DNA from: Candidatus Hermodarchaeota archaeon
GTDB lineage: Archaea > Asgardarchaeota > Heimdallarchaeia > Hodarchaeales > Hodarchaeaceae
Direction of reading: 5' to 3'
NCBI GenBank assembly: GCA_048886185.1
Contig: JBHLKY010000008.1
Span: forward strand, 188,228-220,227
Length of the DNA stretch: 32,000 nt
Below, in pieces: positions 8,798 through 17,722 of the stretch; the first letter of the stretch is position 1, and each line of letters begins with the position of its first letter. A model generated the notes under the pieces. It ran no database searches, was not told the origin of the DNA, and saw only the letters and a list, made by a program, of their open reading frames with translations. A program made the position numbers and the translations under genes.

Positions 8798-9520
8798 ATG
8801 CCATTGGATCAAAAAAACATTGTTTTTCAAGAATTCAATCTCCATTGGAATCTACAATTACCACTTCCCTTACTTGTTGAAGCTCTTACTCATCCATCGT
8901 TTAAATCAGTGGATCCTGATGCTTCTGATAATCAACGTCTTGAAACATTAGGAGATTCAGTAATTGATCTCCTTGTCATCGAATGGCTTTATAACAACGA
9001 TTTACAAAATGAGGGCATTCTAACGAAAAAAAGAGCTGATTTAGTACAAAATACTACATTAGCTACAATTGGTAATGATTTACAGATCGCTACAGTCTTA
9101 CGATGTGCTCCAGCATATCAAATTCAGGAAAAAGATCTTGCAGACACCGTTGAAGCAATATTTGGAGCAATCTATATCTCTAATGGGTTAGAGGCATGTC
9201 GAAATCTCTTATTACATCTTTTCAATGACGAATTACAAAGAGTCTTAAGATTAAACAACTCTATAAGTCTACCAGGACACAATGAAGCGAATCCTAAAAA
9301 TCAGTTGCAAGAGTTCTTTCAACAACATGGATTGCCTGAACCCAGTTATCATTTACATAAAAAACAGGGGGACGATCATAATCCTCGCTATTGGTATTCA
9401 TGCAAGGGGATCTACAAAAATCACGTTTTAGTGGGAAAAGGAGTTGGTAAAAGTAAAAAAGATGCACAAATGAAGGCTGCTTATGATCTACTTAAGCAGC
9501 TGAAACAGTTGGAATTGTAA
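8798..9520 (+). CDS. rnc: Ribonuclease III (class I: RNase III domain + dsRBD)
   Basis: EALTHPS, NQRLETLGD (signature NERLEFLGD), LADTVEAIFGAIY, and dsRBD NPKNQLQEFFQ...GKSKKDAQMKAA. Start placed at ATG 8798; ORF track extends to 8654. Confidence 0.93.
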   Translation: MPLDQKNIVFQEFNLHWNLQLPLPLLVEALTHPSFKSVDPDASDNQRLETLGDSVIDLLVIEWLYNNDLQNEGILTKKRADLVQNTTLATIGNDLQIATVLRCAPAYQIQEKDLADTVEAIFGAIYISNGLEACRNLLLHLFNDELQRVLRLNNSISLPGHNEANPKNQLQEFFQQHGLPEPSYHLHKKQGDDHNPRYWYSCKGIYKNHVLVGKGVGKSKKDAQMKAAYDLLKQLKQLEL

Positions 9521-9527
9521 AATGAAA

Positions 9528-9923
9528 TTACTTTAAGGGTACGAATTGAGACCCTCTTGTTGCACCAATACCAGGAGCAGAGTGTTTCACTTGTTTACAA
9601 GTTGGTGCAAATTCACCCAAATAATGTCCAAGCATTTCTGGCTCTAAATTAACGCGAAGAAATTCCCTACCATTATACACCTGAACTACAGCACCAATAA
9701 GTTCGGGAAGAATGATGAAATCCCGACAATGAGTACGTACAGGACGTTTGGATTCTTTGGAAGAAAGAATACGTTCCATGAGCTTAATATGTTGAGTACT
9801 CATCCCACGGGTTAATGAACGACGTTGACGGGCAGGAAGAAGGGAAATAAACTCATCCATAGATTTTTGATGAAGTTCATCAAGGGTAAATCCACGATAC
9901 TGAAAACCACGACGAGAAGACAA
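9528..9923 (-). CDS. rps19p: 30S ribosomal protein uS19 (S19P)
   Basis: FQYRGFTLDEL, RQRRSLTRG, RTHCRDFIILP, YNGREF, MLGHYLGEFAPT...HSAPGIGATRGSQFVPLK. TTG start after AGGTGA. Confidence 0.97.
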   Translation of the reverse strand: MSSRRGFQYRGFTLDELHQKSMDEFISLLPARQRRSLTRGMSTQHIKLMERILSSKESKRPVRTHCRDFIILPELIGAVVQVYNGREFLRVNLEPEMLGHYLGEFAPTCKQVKHSAPGIGATRGSQFVPLK

Positions 9924-10313
9924 ATATTATCACCTTAAGTCTTATATAAGGGGAAACTTCCATTGGGTTAAAAAAATGAAGGTTGCTTGATGAGTGGTTA
10001 AATGATGAGAAAAAAGGTGTAAAATATCAGAAGAAGATCAGAGACAATAGAACAGGAAGGATAAAAGCTAAAAGAATGAAAAAGAAAATGTTTGATCTGT
10101 AATTACCGTTAAAACAGATAGAAAGGCAAGAAAATTGAAGAATGAAGAAGATGTACTGGGGGAAAGGGACAGTGTATGAGAATCGGAAGAAGGAGATGAT
10201 TTTTATAACGAAAAAATCGTAACCTCACATGTTTGAAATAAGCCAATACTACGTGTAAATGCTAAAAAATTAAAAAATAAAAGAGATTTCAGAATTATAA
10301 CATAGTATTTGAA

Positions 10314-10790
10314 ATGGTTGAATTTGAATTGCCAAATTACAAGATCTCAGTCTTTGGGTTAGATGTAGACCGAACTGCGATTGCTACTGGACGAAATATG
10401 CGAATCTCACCAAAACATGCACGTGAAATTTGTCGTGAACTCAAAGGAAAATATCTGGAAACAGCTCAAGAGTATCTAGAGCAGATAATAAAAAAGGAAA
10501 AAAGCGTCCCATTCAGACGATATCGTAAGAAAGTTCCTCACCGAAGTGATCTGAGGAAATGGCCAGCTGGTCGCTATCCACAAAAAGCAGCAAAGGAAAT
10601 ATTACGCGTTCTAGAAAATGCAGAACAAAATTCCTCCTTTAAAGGATTGGAAGTCAGTCGACTCCGAATTACACACATTGCTGCCCAAAGGGGACGAAAA
10701 ATTCGAGGATTCATGCCAAGAGCGCAGGGCCGATCGTCACCAAGTCATCAAACTTTAACTCATATCGAATTAGTGGTTACGGAGGAGTAA
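10314..10790 (+). CDS. rpl22p: 50S ribosomal protein uL22 (L22P)
   Basis: RISPKHAREIC, VPFRRY, GRYPQKAA, PRAQGR, THIELV. Confidence 0.97.
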   Translation: MVEFELPNYKISVFGLDVDRTAIATGRNMRISPKHAREICRELKGKYLETAQEYLEQIIKKEKSVPFRRYRKKVPHRSDLRKWPAGRYPQKAAKEILRVLENAEQNSSFKGLEVSRLRITHIAAQRGRKIRGFMPRAQGRSSPSHQTLTHIELVVTEE

Positions 10791-10792
10791 GA

Positions 10793-11620
10793 ATGGCTGC
10801 ACGAAAAGAATTACTCAATAGAAACTTGCAATACGTCCAGGTAAGTGAATATCTCAACGATGAATTACAACTGGCCGGCCAAGGGAAAATAGAGATTCAT
10901 AAAACACCAATGGGACATCGAGTGGTGATCCATGCAGTTCGCCTGGGGATGGTAATCGGTAGACGGGGACGAAATGTTAGGAAAATTACTGAGACATTGG
11001 AGCATGCTTATGGACTAGAAACACCTCAGCTTGAAATTAAAGATCTTGAAAATCCTCGATTGAACTCTCGAGTGATGGCTGGACGATTAATTTCACAAAT
11101 TCAAAAAGGTTTTCACTTTCGGAGAGCAGGATACGCCTTGGTTCGGCGGATTATGTCTGCAGAAGCACGAGGATGCGAAATTACGATTAAAGGAAAATTA
11201 ACATCTCAAAGAGCACGATCAGAAGTGTTTCGAGAAGGATTTGTCGCAAAATGTGGAGAACCCTCTAAGAAATATGTGCAAGATACTGTTATGGAAGTTA
11301 CGTTAAAACAGGGAGTCATAGGAGTTCATGTGAAGATTATGCAACCAGATGCAGTACTTCCTGATGATGCTATACTCATTTCGAAGGTTTTCGGGGAACC
11401 CAAGGAAGAAGAAGAGCCTATTGCTGAAATTTTATCTGACATTGAACCAGAAGAAGAAGAGGAAGAAGAAGAATTAGAAAGAGAATTAGAAGAAGAAGAA
11501 CCTGTAACTAAAACCGAACTCGAGGAAGAAACAACAGAGGAAAATGAAACTGAAACCAAAATTAAAGATAAAAAACCAAAAGATAATGAAAATTTATTGA
11601 AGTCTGAAGATTTTGATTAA
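10793..11620 (+). CDS. rps3p: 30S ribosomal protein uS3 with long acidic C-terminal tail
   Basis: KH domain (RLGMVIGRRGRNV), GCEITIKGKL..RAR, GVIGVHVKI, followed by about 75 Glu-rich residues. Confidence 0.96.
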   Translation: MAARKELLNRNLQYVQVSEYLNDELQLAGQGKIEIHKTPMGHRVVIHAVRLGMVIGRRGRNVRKITETLEHAYGLETPQLEIKDLENPRLNSRVMAGRLISQIQKGFHFRRAGYALVRRIMSAEARGCEITIKGKLTSQRARSEVFREGFVAKCGEPSKKYVQDTVMEVTLKQGVIGVHVKIMQPDAVLPDDAILISKVFGEPKEEEEPIAEILSDIEPEEEEEEEELERELEEEEPVTKTELEEETTEENETETKIKDKKPKDNENLLKSEDFD

Positions 11621-11625
11621 AACAG

Positions 11626-11847
11626 GTGATGGAAACGGCAATATTACGAAAAACTGAAATTCGAAAGATGACTCGGAAAGAACGAGAGAAGAAGTTAACC
11701 GAGTTGAAAACTGAATTATTAACATTAAGAGGTAAAGCACGAACAGGAGCCGTTGAATCATCAGGTCGAGTTCGAGAACTAAGACGGACTGTGGCACGAA
11801 TACTCACAATTAACAAGGAAGAAGAAGATGCCATTCAATCATCATGA
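11626..11847 (+). CDS. rpl29p: 50S ribosomal protein uL29
   Basis: AILRKTEIRKM...LTELKTEL...GRVRELRRTVARILT, in the canonical position after S3. Confidence 0.93.
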   Translation: MMETAILRKTEIRKMTRKEREKKLTELKTELLTLRGKARTGAVESSGRVRELRRTVARILTINKEEEDAIQSS

Positions 11848-12115
11848 TTTATTAATAGAAAGAAATATTCAGAAAATTCGACTGATCGGACGACATTGCG
11901 AAATCAATTACACAGGAAAGTTATTTATTGGCATGATAAGAAATGAAACAAAAAACACTTGGGAAATAATGACAGAAAAAGGACCAAAAACAATCCCAAA
12001 GGATCAATCAAAATTACGAATAGTAATTAATAATCAATTATATGAAATAAATGGAGACCAAATGAAAGGACGACAGGAAGATCGTATTAAACGCATGAGG
12101 AAACGAAAATGGTGA
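11828..12115 (+). CDS. rnp1: Ribonuclease P protein component 1 (Rpp29/POP4)
   Basis: LIG...G.IRNETKNT...TIPK...G..MKGRQEDRIK, in the canonical position before S17. Confidence 0.9.
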   Translation: MPFNHHDLLIERNIQKIRLIGRHCEINYTGKLFIGMIRNETKNTWEIMTEKGPKTIPKDQSKLRIVINNQLYEINGDQMKGRQEDRIKRMRKRKW

Positions 12116-12453
12116 AGAAAAAGTATTCTCGACACATAGGTATTGCGCCAACACCTAAAAGAACATGTGATGACCAAAATTGCCCCTTTCATGGAACATT
12201 ATCTGTTCGTGGTCGCATTATTGAAACAGAAGTGATATCTGATAGAATGGATAAAACAGTAACTGTTCAAAGACCATATCTAGAATTAGTGAGAAAATAC
12301 AAACGATATGGGCGCTCAACTATCCAAATGCACGCACATAATCCTCCCTGCATCGACGCTAAAGTAGGAGACCGAATACGAATTGGAGAATGTCGTCCAA
12401 TATCAAAAACAGTGTCTTTCGTAGTAATCGAAAGACTAGGGAATGGAGAGTAA
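12109..12453 (+). CDS. rps17p: 30S ribosomal protein uS17
   Basis: CDDQNCPFHG.LSVRGR, KYKRY, HAHNPPC, GECRPISKTVSFVV. Confidence 0.97.
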   Translation: MVKKKYSRHIGIAPTPKRTCDDQNCPFHGTLSVRGRIIETEVISDRMDKTVTVQRPYLELVRKYKRYGRSTIQMHAHNPPCIDAKVGDRIRIGECRPISKTVSFVVIERLGNGE

Positions 12454-12456
12454 ACC

Positions 12457-12873
12457 ATGAAGAAGCGAAGATCATTACGGCTTGTGACAAGACGAATAAC
12501 ACGAGCATTACCAACTGGAGCAATCGTTAATGTGGCTGACAACTCGGGGGCAAGATTGATTCAAGTTATTAGTGTAAAAGGACATACCACCCGCCTCAGC
12601 CGCCAGCCAGCAGCAAGAGTGGGGGACATGATAGTTTGCTCAGTTAAAAAGGGAACGCCAAAACTGCGAAGACAAATTGTCCATGCAGTAGTTATTAGAC
12701 AAAAAAAGCCATTTAAACGATCGGATGGCAGCTGGATTTATTTTGAAGATAACGCAGTTGTTATAACAAATGAACAAGGAGAGCCACGTGGAAGTGAGAT
12801 TCGAGGAGCAGTATCAAAAGAAGCAGCAGATGCTTGGCCACGAATTGCTAGCGCAGCACGAATTATTTCATAG
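12457..12873 (+). CDS. rpl14p: 50S ribosomal protein uL14
   Basis: ADNSGA, VGDMIVCSVKKG, AVVIRQKKP..R.DG..IYFEDNAVV, WPRIAS. Confidence 0.97.
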   Translation: MKKRRSLRLVTRRITRALPTGAIVNVADNSGARLIQVISVKGHTTRLSRQPAARVGDMIVCSVKKGTPKLRRQIVHAVVIRQKKPFKRSDGSWIYFEDNAVVITNEQGEPRGSEIRGAVSKEAADAWPRIASAARIIS

Positions 12874-12875
12874 AA

Positions 12876-12881
12876 AGGTGA
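12876..12881 (+). promoter_or_regulatory. Shine-Dalgarno motif (example of the recurrent AGGTGA/GGAG class)
   Basis: AGGTGA 8 nt before the rpl24p ATG; GGTGA is also seen before rps19p and the mutase small subunit. Confidence 0.6.
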
Positions 12882-12889
12882 GAAAATAA

Positions 12890-13321
12890 ATGGGAACAAA
12901 GACATTGACTCGTAATCCTTCAAAACAAAGACGACGGCTGTACCAAGCTGATTCCTTTCAGCGATCGAAATTAATTTCCGTACGACTCTCGAAGGAACTA
13001 AAAGACAAATATAAGGTTAAAAATATGCCTGTTCGCAGCGGGGACGTTGTCTATATCACCACTGGAGATTTTGTAGGTACAGAAGGGAAGGTACTTGCAG
13101 TCAATTATAAAAAACGACGCCTATCAATAGATGGAATTTCCCGAGAAAAAGCGGACAAGTCAAAAATCGTATACATGATTGATACCTCAAAAGTAATTAT
13201 CCGTCGTTTTGGAAAAGTAGGCAAAACACGAAAGAAGATCCTTGAGCGAAAAGCAAAAATGGAATTAAAGATTGATGAAGAAGACATCAGTCTTGAAGAA
13301 GAACTCGAAGAAGAGGAATAA
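12890..13321 (+). CDS. rpl24p: 50S ribosomal protein uL24
   Basis: PSKQRRRLY, LSKELKDKY, KOW motif VRSGDVV..G.F.G.EGKV; short acidic tail. Confidence 0.96.
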   Translation: MGTKTLTRNPSKQRRRLYQADSFQRSKLISVRLSKELKDKYKVKNMPVRSGDVVYITTGDFVGTEGKVLAVNYKKRRLSIDGISREKADKSKIVYMIDTSKVIIRRFGKVGKTRKKILERKAKMELKIDEEDISLEEELEEEE

Positions 13322-14112
13322 TGGAGAATAAAATAATGGGTAGGAAAGGAAGTCCACGACATAGAAAACGCTTAAGTGCTCCAATCACTTATCCTATAAT
13401 GAGAAAGCACGGAATCTTTACGATTAGGCCTTACCCGACTCGAAGTACAATAGAATCTTCGATTCCTTTAGGAATTGTCATTAGAGAAATGCTAGGATAT
13501 GCCAAAACACTTTCTGAGGTAAAGAGAATACTGATTAAAAAATTAATCAAAGTCGATGGAAAAATTCAAACAAATTATAAATTTGGCGTAGGACCAATGG
13601 ATGTTCTAGAAATTACACAAACAGAACAATTTTTCCGTTTAACTCCTTATCGAGGAAAAAGACGACTAAAATTACACCCAATTTCAGAAGAAGAAGCGCA
13701 TAAAAAAATCCTCAGTATCAAAGGAAAAAAAACGGTTAAAGGGGGATTTGTACAACTCAATTTTCATGATGGTAGAAACTATTTAATGAACCCAGAAAAC
13801 GAACACGAGTTCCCAATTTCAGAATTAGCAGTAAAAGATAGCATCCAATTCAATCTAGACAAGAAAACAATCGAGGACCACTATCCATTCGCCACTAATA
13901 ATACAGCATTAATCATGGGTGGACATAATGTCGGATTAGTTGGTAAAATCAAAGAGATTGAAACACAAAGCGGGCGAAAAATGCGTAACGTCACACTAGA
14001 AACAGAGGAAGGAGAAATTGAAACAACTGATCAACACCTAATCATCATTGGTCGTGAAACACCAGTCATTGAAATCCCCAAAGTGAATGGAGCCACAGAA
14101 GATGAGCTTTAG
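13321..14112 (+). CDS. rps4e: 30S ribosomal protein eS4 (S4e)
   Basis: MGRKG..RHRKRLSAP, IKVDG, QLNFHDGRN, GGHNVG.VG.I. Alternative start at the MGRKG Met. Confidence 0.96.
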   Translation: MENKIMGRKGSPRHRKRLSAPITYPIMRKHGIFTIRPYPTRSTIESSIPLGIVIREMLGYAKTLSEVKRILIKKLIKVDGKIQTNYKFGVGPMDVLEITQTEQFFRLTPYRGKRRLKLHPISEEEAHKKILSIKGKKTVKGGFVQLNFHDGRNYLMNPENEHEFPISELAVKDSIQFNLDKKTIEDHYPFATNNTALIMGGHNVGLVGKIKEIETQSGRKMRNVTLETEEGEIETTDQHLIIIGRETPVIEIPKVNGATEDEL

Positions 14113-14704
14113 AAGAAGAACGCCACAAGTCGCAGAAGAAGAACGTCCACCTATTACTCTCACAGACTCTGAAAAGGTTTATGTAAAGGAATGGGAAAAA
14201 CAACCGATGCGAAAACCACGAATTCTGAAAGTGTGTGTAAATTTCGCTGTAGGAACCTCGGGACCAGAGTTAGAACGAGCCAGAGAACTATGCGAACGAC
14301 TTACTGACCAAACTCCTGCAGAAGGGAGAGCAAAAGAGTCAGTAAGAGGATTTGGAATTAGAAAACACGAACCAATTGCAGTTTTTACAACTCTAAGAGG
14401 AGAATTAGCCCAGAATTTCTTGAAGAAAGCTTTTTGGGGGATTGAGGAAAAAGTATCCAAACGTAATTTCGATGCCCATGGGAACCTCTCACTAGGAATA
14501 GCTGACCACCTCAAATTACCTGATATTAAGTATGACCCGAAAATAGGCGTTCATGGATTTGATACAACAATCGTACTAGAACGTCCAGGATATCGAACAA
14601 ACCGCAGAAGAATCCGCTCTGCTAAAATCCCTAAAAAACATAGAATAACAAAAGAAGAAGGTATAGCATTTTTTAAGCACGAGTTCAATCTAGGAGTCGA
14701 GTAA
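14102..14704 (+). CDS. rpl5p: 50S ribosomal protein uL5
   Basis: [22 protein letters not shown]...TLRG, FD.HGN.S.GI..H...P..KYDP.IG..G, RPGYR. Start at ATG 14102 is likely (ORF track 14087). Confidence 0.96.
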   Translation: MSFRRRTPQVAEEERPPITLTDSEKVYVKEWEKQPMRKPRILKVCVNFAVGTSGPELERARELCERLTDQTPAEGRAKESVRGFGIRKHEPIAVFTTLRGELAQNFLKKAFWGIEEKVSKRNFDAHGNLSLGIADHLKLPDIKYDPKIGVHGFDTTIVLERPGYRTNRRRIRSAKIPKKHRITKEEGIAFFKHEFNLGVE

Positions 14705-14715
14705 GCTTGCATAAA

Positions 14716-14865
14716 ATGTCAGAAACCAAGAAGAAATTCGGAAAGGGAACTCGTACATGTCGAAGATGTGGCACTCATAGAGCAATTATTAGAAAATACG
14801 GATTATACATATGTAGACGCTGTATCAGAGAGATAGCGAATGAACTAGGTTTTAGAAAATTTTGA
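14716..14865 (+). CDS. rps14p: 30S ribosomal protein uS14 (zinc-binding type), missed by ORF track
   Basis: Manual translation, 49 aa: [49 protein letters not shown]; canonical position after L5. Confidence 0.96.
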   Translation: MSETKKKFGKGTRTCRRCGTHRAIIRKYGLYICRRCIREIANELGFRKF

Positions 14866-15731
14866 CCACGAAAAGTACTCCATTCCAACAAATCCGACAA
14901 GCTATCCAAGACCAAGAAATTATTCCCAAAAATCTTATTCCATTACTCCCCCGAGGATGGAAACGGGTAGGTGAGGTTGGGATATTAGAATTAAAACCAG
15001 AGCTACTACCGTGGAAGAAAGAAATAGGTGAGAAATATCTTGAATTTCTTCCAGAACTAAGAACAATTACTCACAAAACAGGAATTACTAGAACATCAAA
15101 AAGAAAACCAGACAATGAAGTCCTAGCTGGAGACATTAATACCATTACACTTCATAAAGAATTGGGATGTAAATTCTGGGTTGACGCTTTAAAACTCACA
15201 TTTTCAAATGGAAACCATGCAGAACGGCACCGAATGATTAGGACTAGTAAAAACCACGAACAGATTATTGACATGTTTGCTTGTGTAGGAAACCTATCAT
15301 TAGCAATAGCAATTCACAATCCAACAGTGAGAATAATAGGGATTGAAATCAATCCCTATGCATTCAATTTCCTTGAGAAAAACATCCAAGAAAATCATGT
15401 GTTTGACCGATATAAGGCATTATTCGGAGATAACCGGAAAATAACCCCAAAAAATTGGGCAGATCGGGTAATAATGGGATATTTTACCATTGATGACATT
15501 CAGTTAACTACTGCTCTAGCAAGCCTAAACCAAGAGCACGGGGGAGTCATTCACGTACATGGATTATCGAGTACCCGACAACCAACGGATTGGCTCAAAC
15601 AAATCCAAGGAATAGTCACAGAATCATTCCCATACTTCAAGGTTAACACCAGTCGTAAGAAAATCATTAAATCAGTAGCTCCAGGCATCAACCACTTTGT
15701 TAATGATTTAGTCATAAAATCTACCAACTAA
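14862..15731 (+). CDS. taw2: tRNA(Phe) wyosine aminocarboxypropyltransferase Taw2/TYW2 (Trm5/Met-10+ SAM-dependent family)
   Basis: LPRGW.RVG.V.IL, HKELGC.F..D....FS.GN..ER.RM, DMFA.VG, IEINP.AF..L..N...[19 protein letters not shown] overlap with the S14 stop. Confidence 0.8.
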   Translation: MTTKSTPFQQIRQAIQDQEIIPKNLIPLLPRGWKRVGEVGILELKPELLPWKKEIGEKYLEFLPELRTITHKTGITRTSKRKPDNEVLAGDINTITLHKELGCKFWVDALKLTFSNGNHAERHRMIRTSKNHEQIIDMFACVGNLSLAIAIHNPTVRIIGIEINPYAFNFLEKNIQENHVFDRYKALFGDNRKITPKNWADRVIMGYFTIDDIQLTTALASLNQEHGGVIHVHGLSSTRQPTDWLKQIQGIVTESFPYFKVNTSRKKIIKSVAPGINHFVNDLVIKSTN

Positions 15732-15760
15732 AAGTTTTCTCTTTTTGATAAGCTGCAAAG

Positions 15761-17455
15761 CTACTCTCTATTCTTACAATTCCTCAATCCAATAGCAATA
15801 AGTGCGAGAAAACCAATAATTATAAGATATGTGTCAAAACTGGTAGTGGTTTCTGCTATATTTGTTGTTTCTGTTGTCATCATTGATGTAGTATCTATTA
15901 GAGGTATAGAAGCCGTTTGAGATGATTCAGGGGGAAAGGCTGCTAAATATCCACCAATATCAAAGCGAAAGAGGAAACCATCTTGAGTCCCTCGAAGTGT
16001 TTGCTGATATGCATCATTGGTTATCAAAAAATCTGAAGAGGCTGTAAAACCAACAATATACAGATAATTATCAGAAAAGAATTGATGCCAAGGATGATCT
16101 TGTCCTACACCTCCTAAATACGAACCAAACAAGGGTTGGCCAGTAGGGGAGATCTTCATTATAATAACATCGCAAGACTCACTGTGTTCCATTTGAAATG
16201 CATTTATAATAGGTAAACCGTTTGGTCCAGCGATTCCACTGACATAGATATTGTTTTCAGAATCGATATCCACATGGTGTATGGTATCCCATTCAGATCC
16301 ACCAAAATAACTAGAGAAAATTAATTCTTGCCCATCTGCAGATAATTTTGTCACAAATCCATCCACTTCGATGTAACTGTAATTCTCCTGCCAAGCATTA
16401 ACTGTTGGAAAATCAGAAGACCAAGTTCGGCCAGTCATGATGATATCTCCTACCGAATCAACGGCAACTCCAAAACAATCATCCATGTGGGAACCACCGA
16501 AGTAAGTAGCATAAATAAGCTGACCAAACGAATCATATTTCGCAAGGAAGAAATCTCTTTGAAAAACACTGCCAATGGAATCCTGAAATGCATCTTCAGT
16601 AACAGGAAAGTCAAGACTCCCTGTGAATCCAGTTACTATAATATTATCCTGATGATCTAAAGTAATCTTGTCTATTCCTTCATAGCTGCTCCCACCTAAG
16701 AAAGTGGAATACAAGATCGTTGAACAATTCGCCGATACACGCATGAGAAACCCATCTGATCCACCAACCATAACAGGTTGAGCAGCATCGGGAGTAACTG
16801 GAAAATTAGCAGAGTTGGTTCCCCCAGAGAGGACAAGATTGCCTGCTGAATCCAATTCACAATCATTGACACGATCATCTCCAGCTGTACCAAGATAACT
16901 AGAATAGAGTAATGACCCATTACCTGAAAATTTAGCAATGAAAATGTCATAGTAACCATAATGATCTTGCTGATAGGCATCAATTGTGATAGGAAAATCA
17001 TTTGATTGACATATTCCGACAACTATAATGTTATCGGATTCTACTACTTCAACAAATAGTCCCCCATCTATACTGGATCCCCCAAAGTATGTCGACCATA
17101 CGAGCTGCCCATCTCGATTAAATTTTGTTACAAAGGCATCACCACAAACACCATGATTATCATACCCACCACCAGCAAAAGTATCTTGAAAAGCATCTTG
17201 AATTGGAAAATTAGTAGATACAGTATGACCAGTGATGATAATGTTATCACTTGAATCTGTAATAACGTCTCTAATATGATCTTCATCTAAGGATGGAGAC
17301 TCATCACCTCCTAGAAAGGTACTATAGACAAAATCTGTTATCTCAACATGCATCTTTCGGCTCGATTCAAGAGTAGATATACCACAAACAATACCAATGG
17401 TTAATAGAAAAACAACCACGGCAGTTACTATTATCAGTTTCTTTTTATGACTCAA
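15761..17455 (-). CDS. Cell-surface protein with seven SBBP beta-propeller repeats, N-terminal signal/anchor and C-terminal Thr-rich linker + TM + basic tail
   Basis: Seven repeats starting YSTFLGG, WSTYFGG, YSSYLGT, YSTFLGG, YATYFGG, FSSYFGG, FGSYLGG, with recurring D..GN...G.T.S.xFP...A.Q; hydrophobic termini. Confidence 0.85.
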   Translation of the reverse strand: MSHKKKLIIVTAVVVFLLTIGIVCGISTLESSRKMHVEITDFVYSTFLGGDESPSLDEDHIRDVITDSSDNIIITGHTVSTNFPIQDAFQDTFAGGGYDNHGVCGDAFVTKFNRDGQLVWSTYFGGSSIDGGLFVEVVESDNIIVVGICQSNDFPITIDAYQQDHYGYYDIFIAKFSGNGSLLYSSYLGTAGDDRVNDCELDSAGNLVLSGGTNSANFPVTPDAAQPVMVGGSDGFLMRVSANCSTILYSTFLGGSSYEGIDKITLDHQDNIIVTGFTGSLDFPVTEDAFQDSIGSVFQRDFFLAKYDSFGQLIYATYFGGSHMDDCFGVAVDSVGDIIMTGRTWSSDFPTVNAWQENYSYIEVDGFVTKLSADGQELIFSSYFGGSEWDTIHHVDIDSENNIYVSGIAGPNGLPIINAFQMEHSESCDVIIMKISPTGQPLFGSYLGGVGQDHPWHQFFSDNYLYIVGFTASSDFLITNDAYQQTLRGTQDGFLFRFDIGGYLAAFPPESSQTASIPLIDTTSMMTTETTNIAETTTSFDTYLIIIGFLALIAIGLRNCKNRE

Positions 17456-17722
17456 TTTTTTTTCCTCAATGAAAATCGAGCTATTAAATTAGTTTTTTGA
17501 TAAAATATGAGAAGAAATACTGCTCGATTATTCAACCCAAGGAGGAATCAAAATAGTCATAAGGGAAGATTATATTTTCAAAACTGAAAGCATCAATTCT
17601 GCTTTTGTAAGAAAGAAACGAGTAATTAGGATAGCTGATTCATTAAATTAAAAGAGGAATGTTCATTTAGCACACATTCACAAAGAAAAATCATAATATT
17701 AAGAGAAATATCCAAAAGTTAA

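Noticed and set aside
9985-10030. Box C-like TGATGA motifs suggesting a C/D sRNA
   Set aside because: No box D (CTGA) at a suitable distance and no terminal stem.
11326-13362. Antisense ORFs inside the ribosomal operon (11326, 11562, 11594, 12267, 12738, 13105), also 14179
   Set aside because: Shadows of purine-rich real genes; the Ser/Phe runs mirror GAA/AAA codons.
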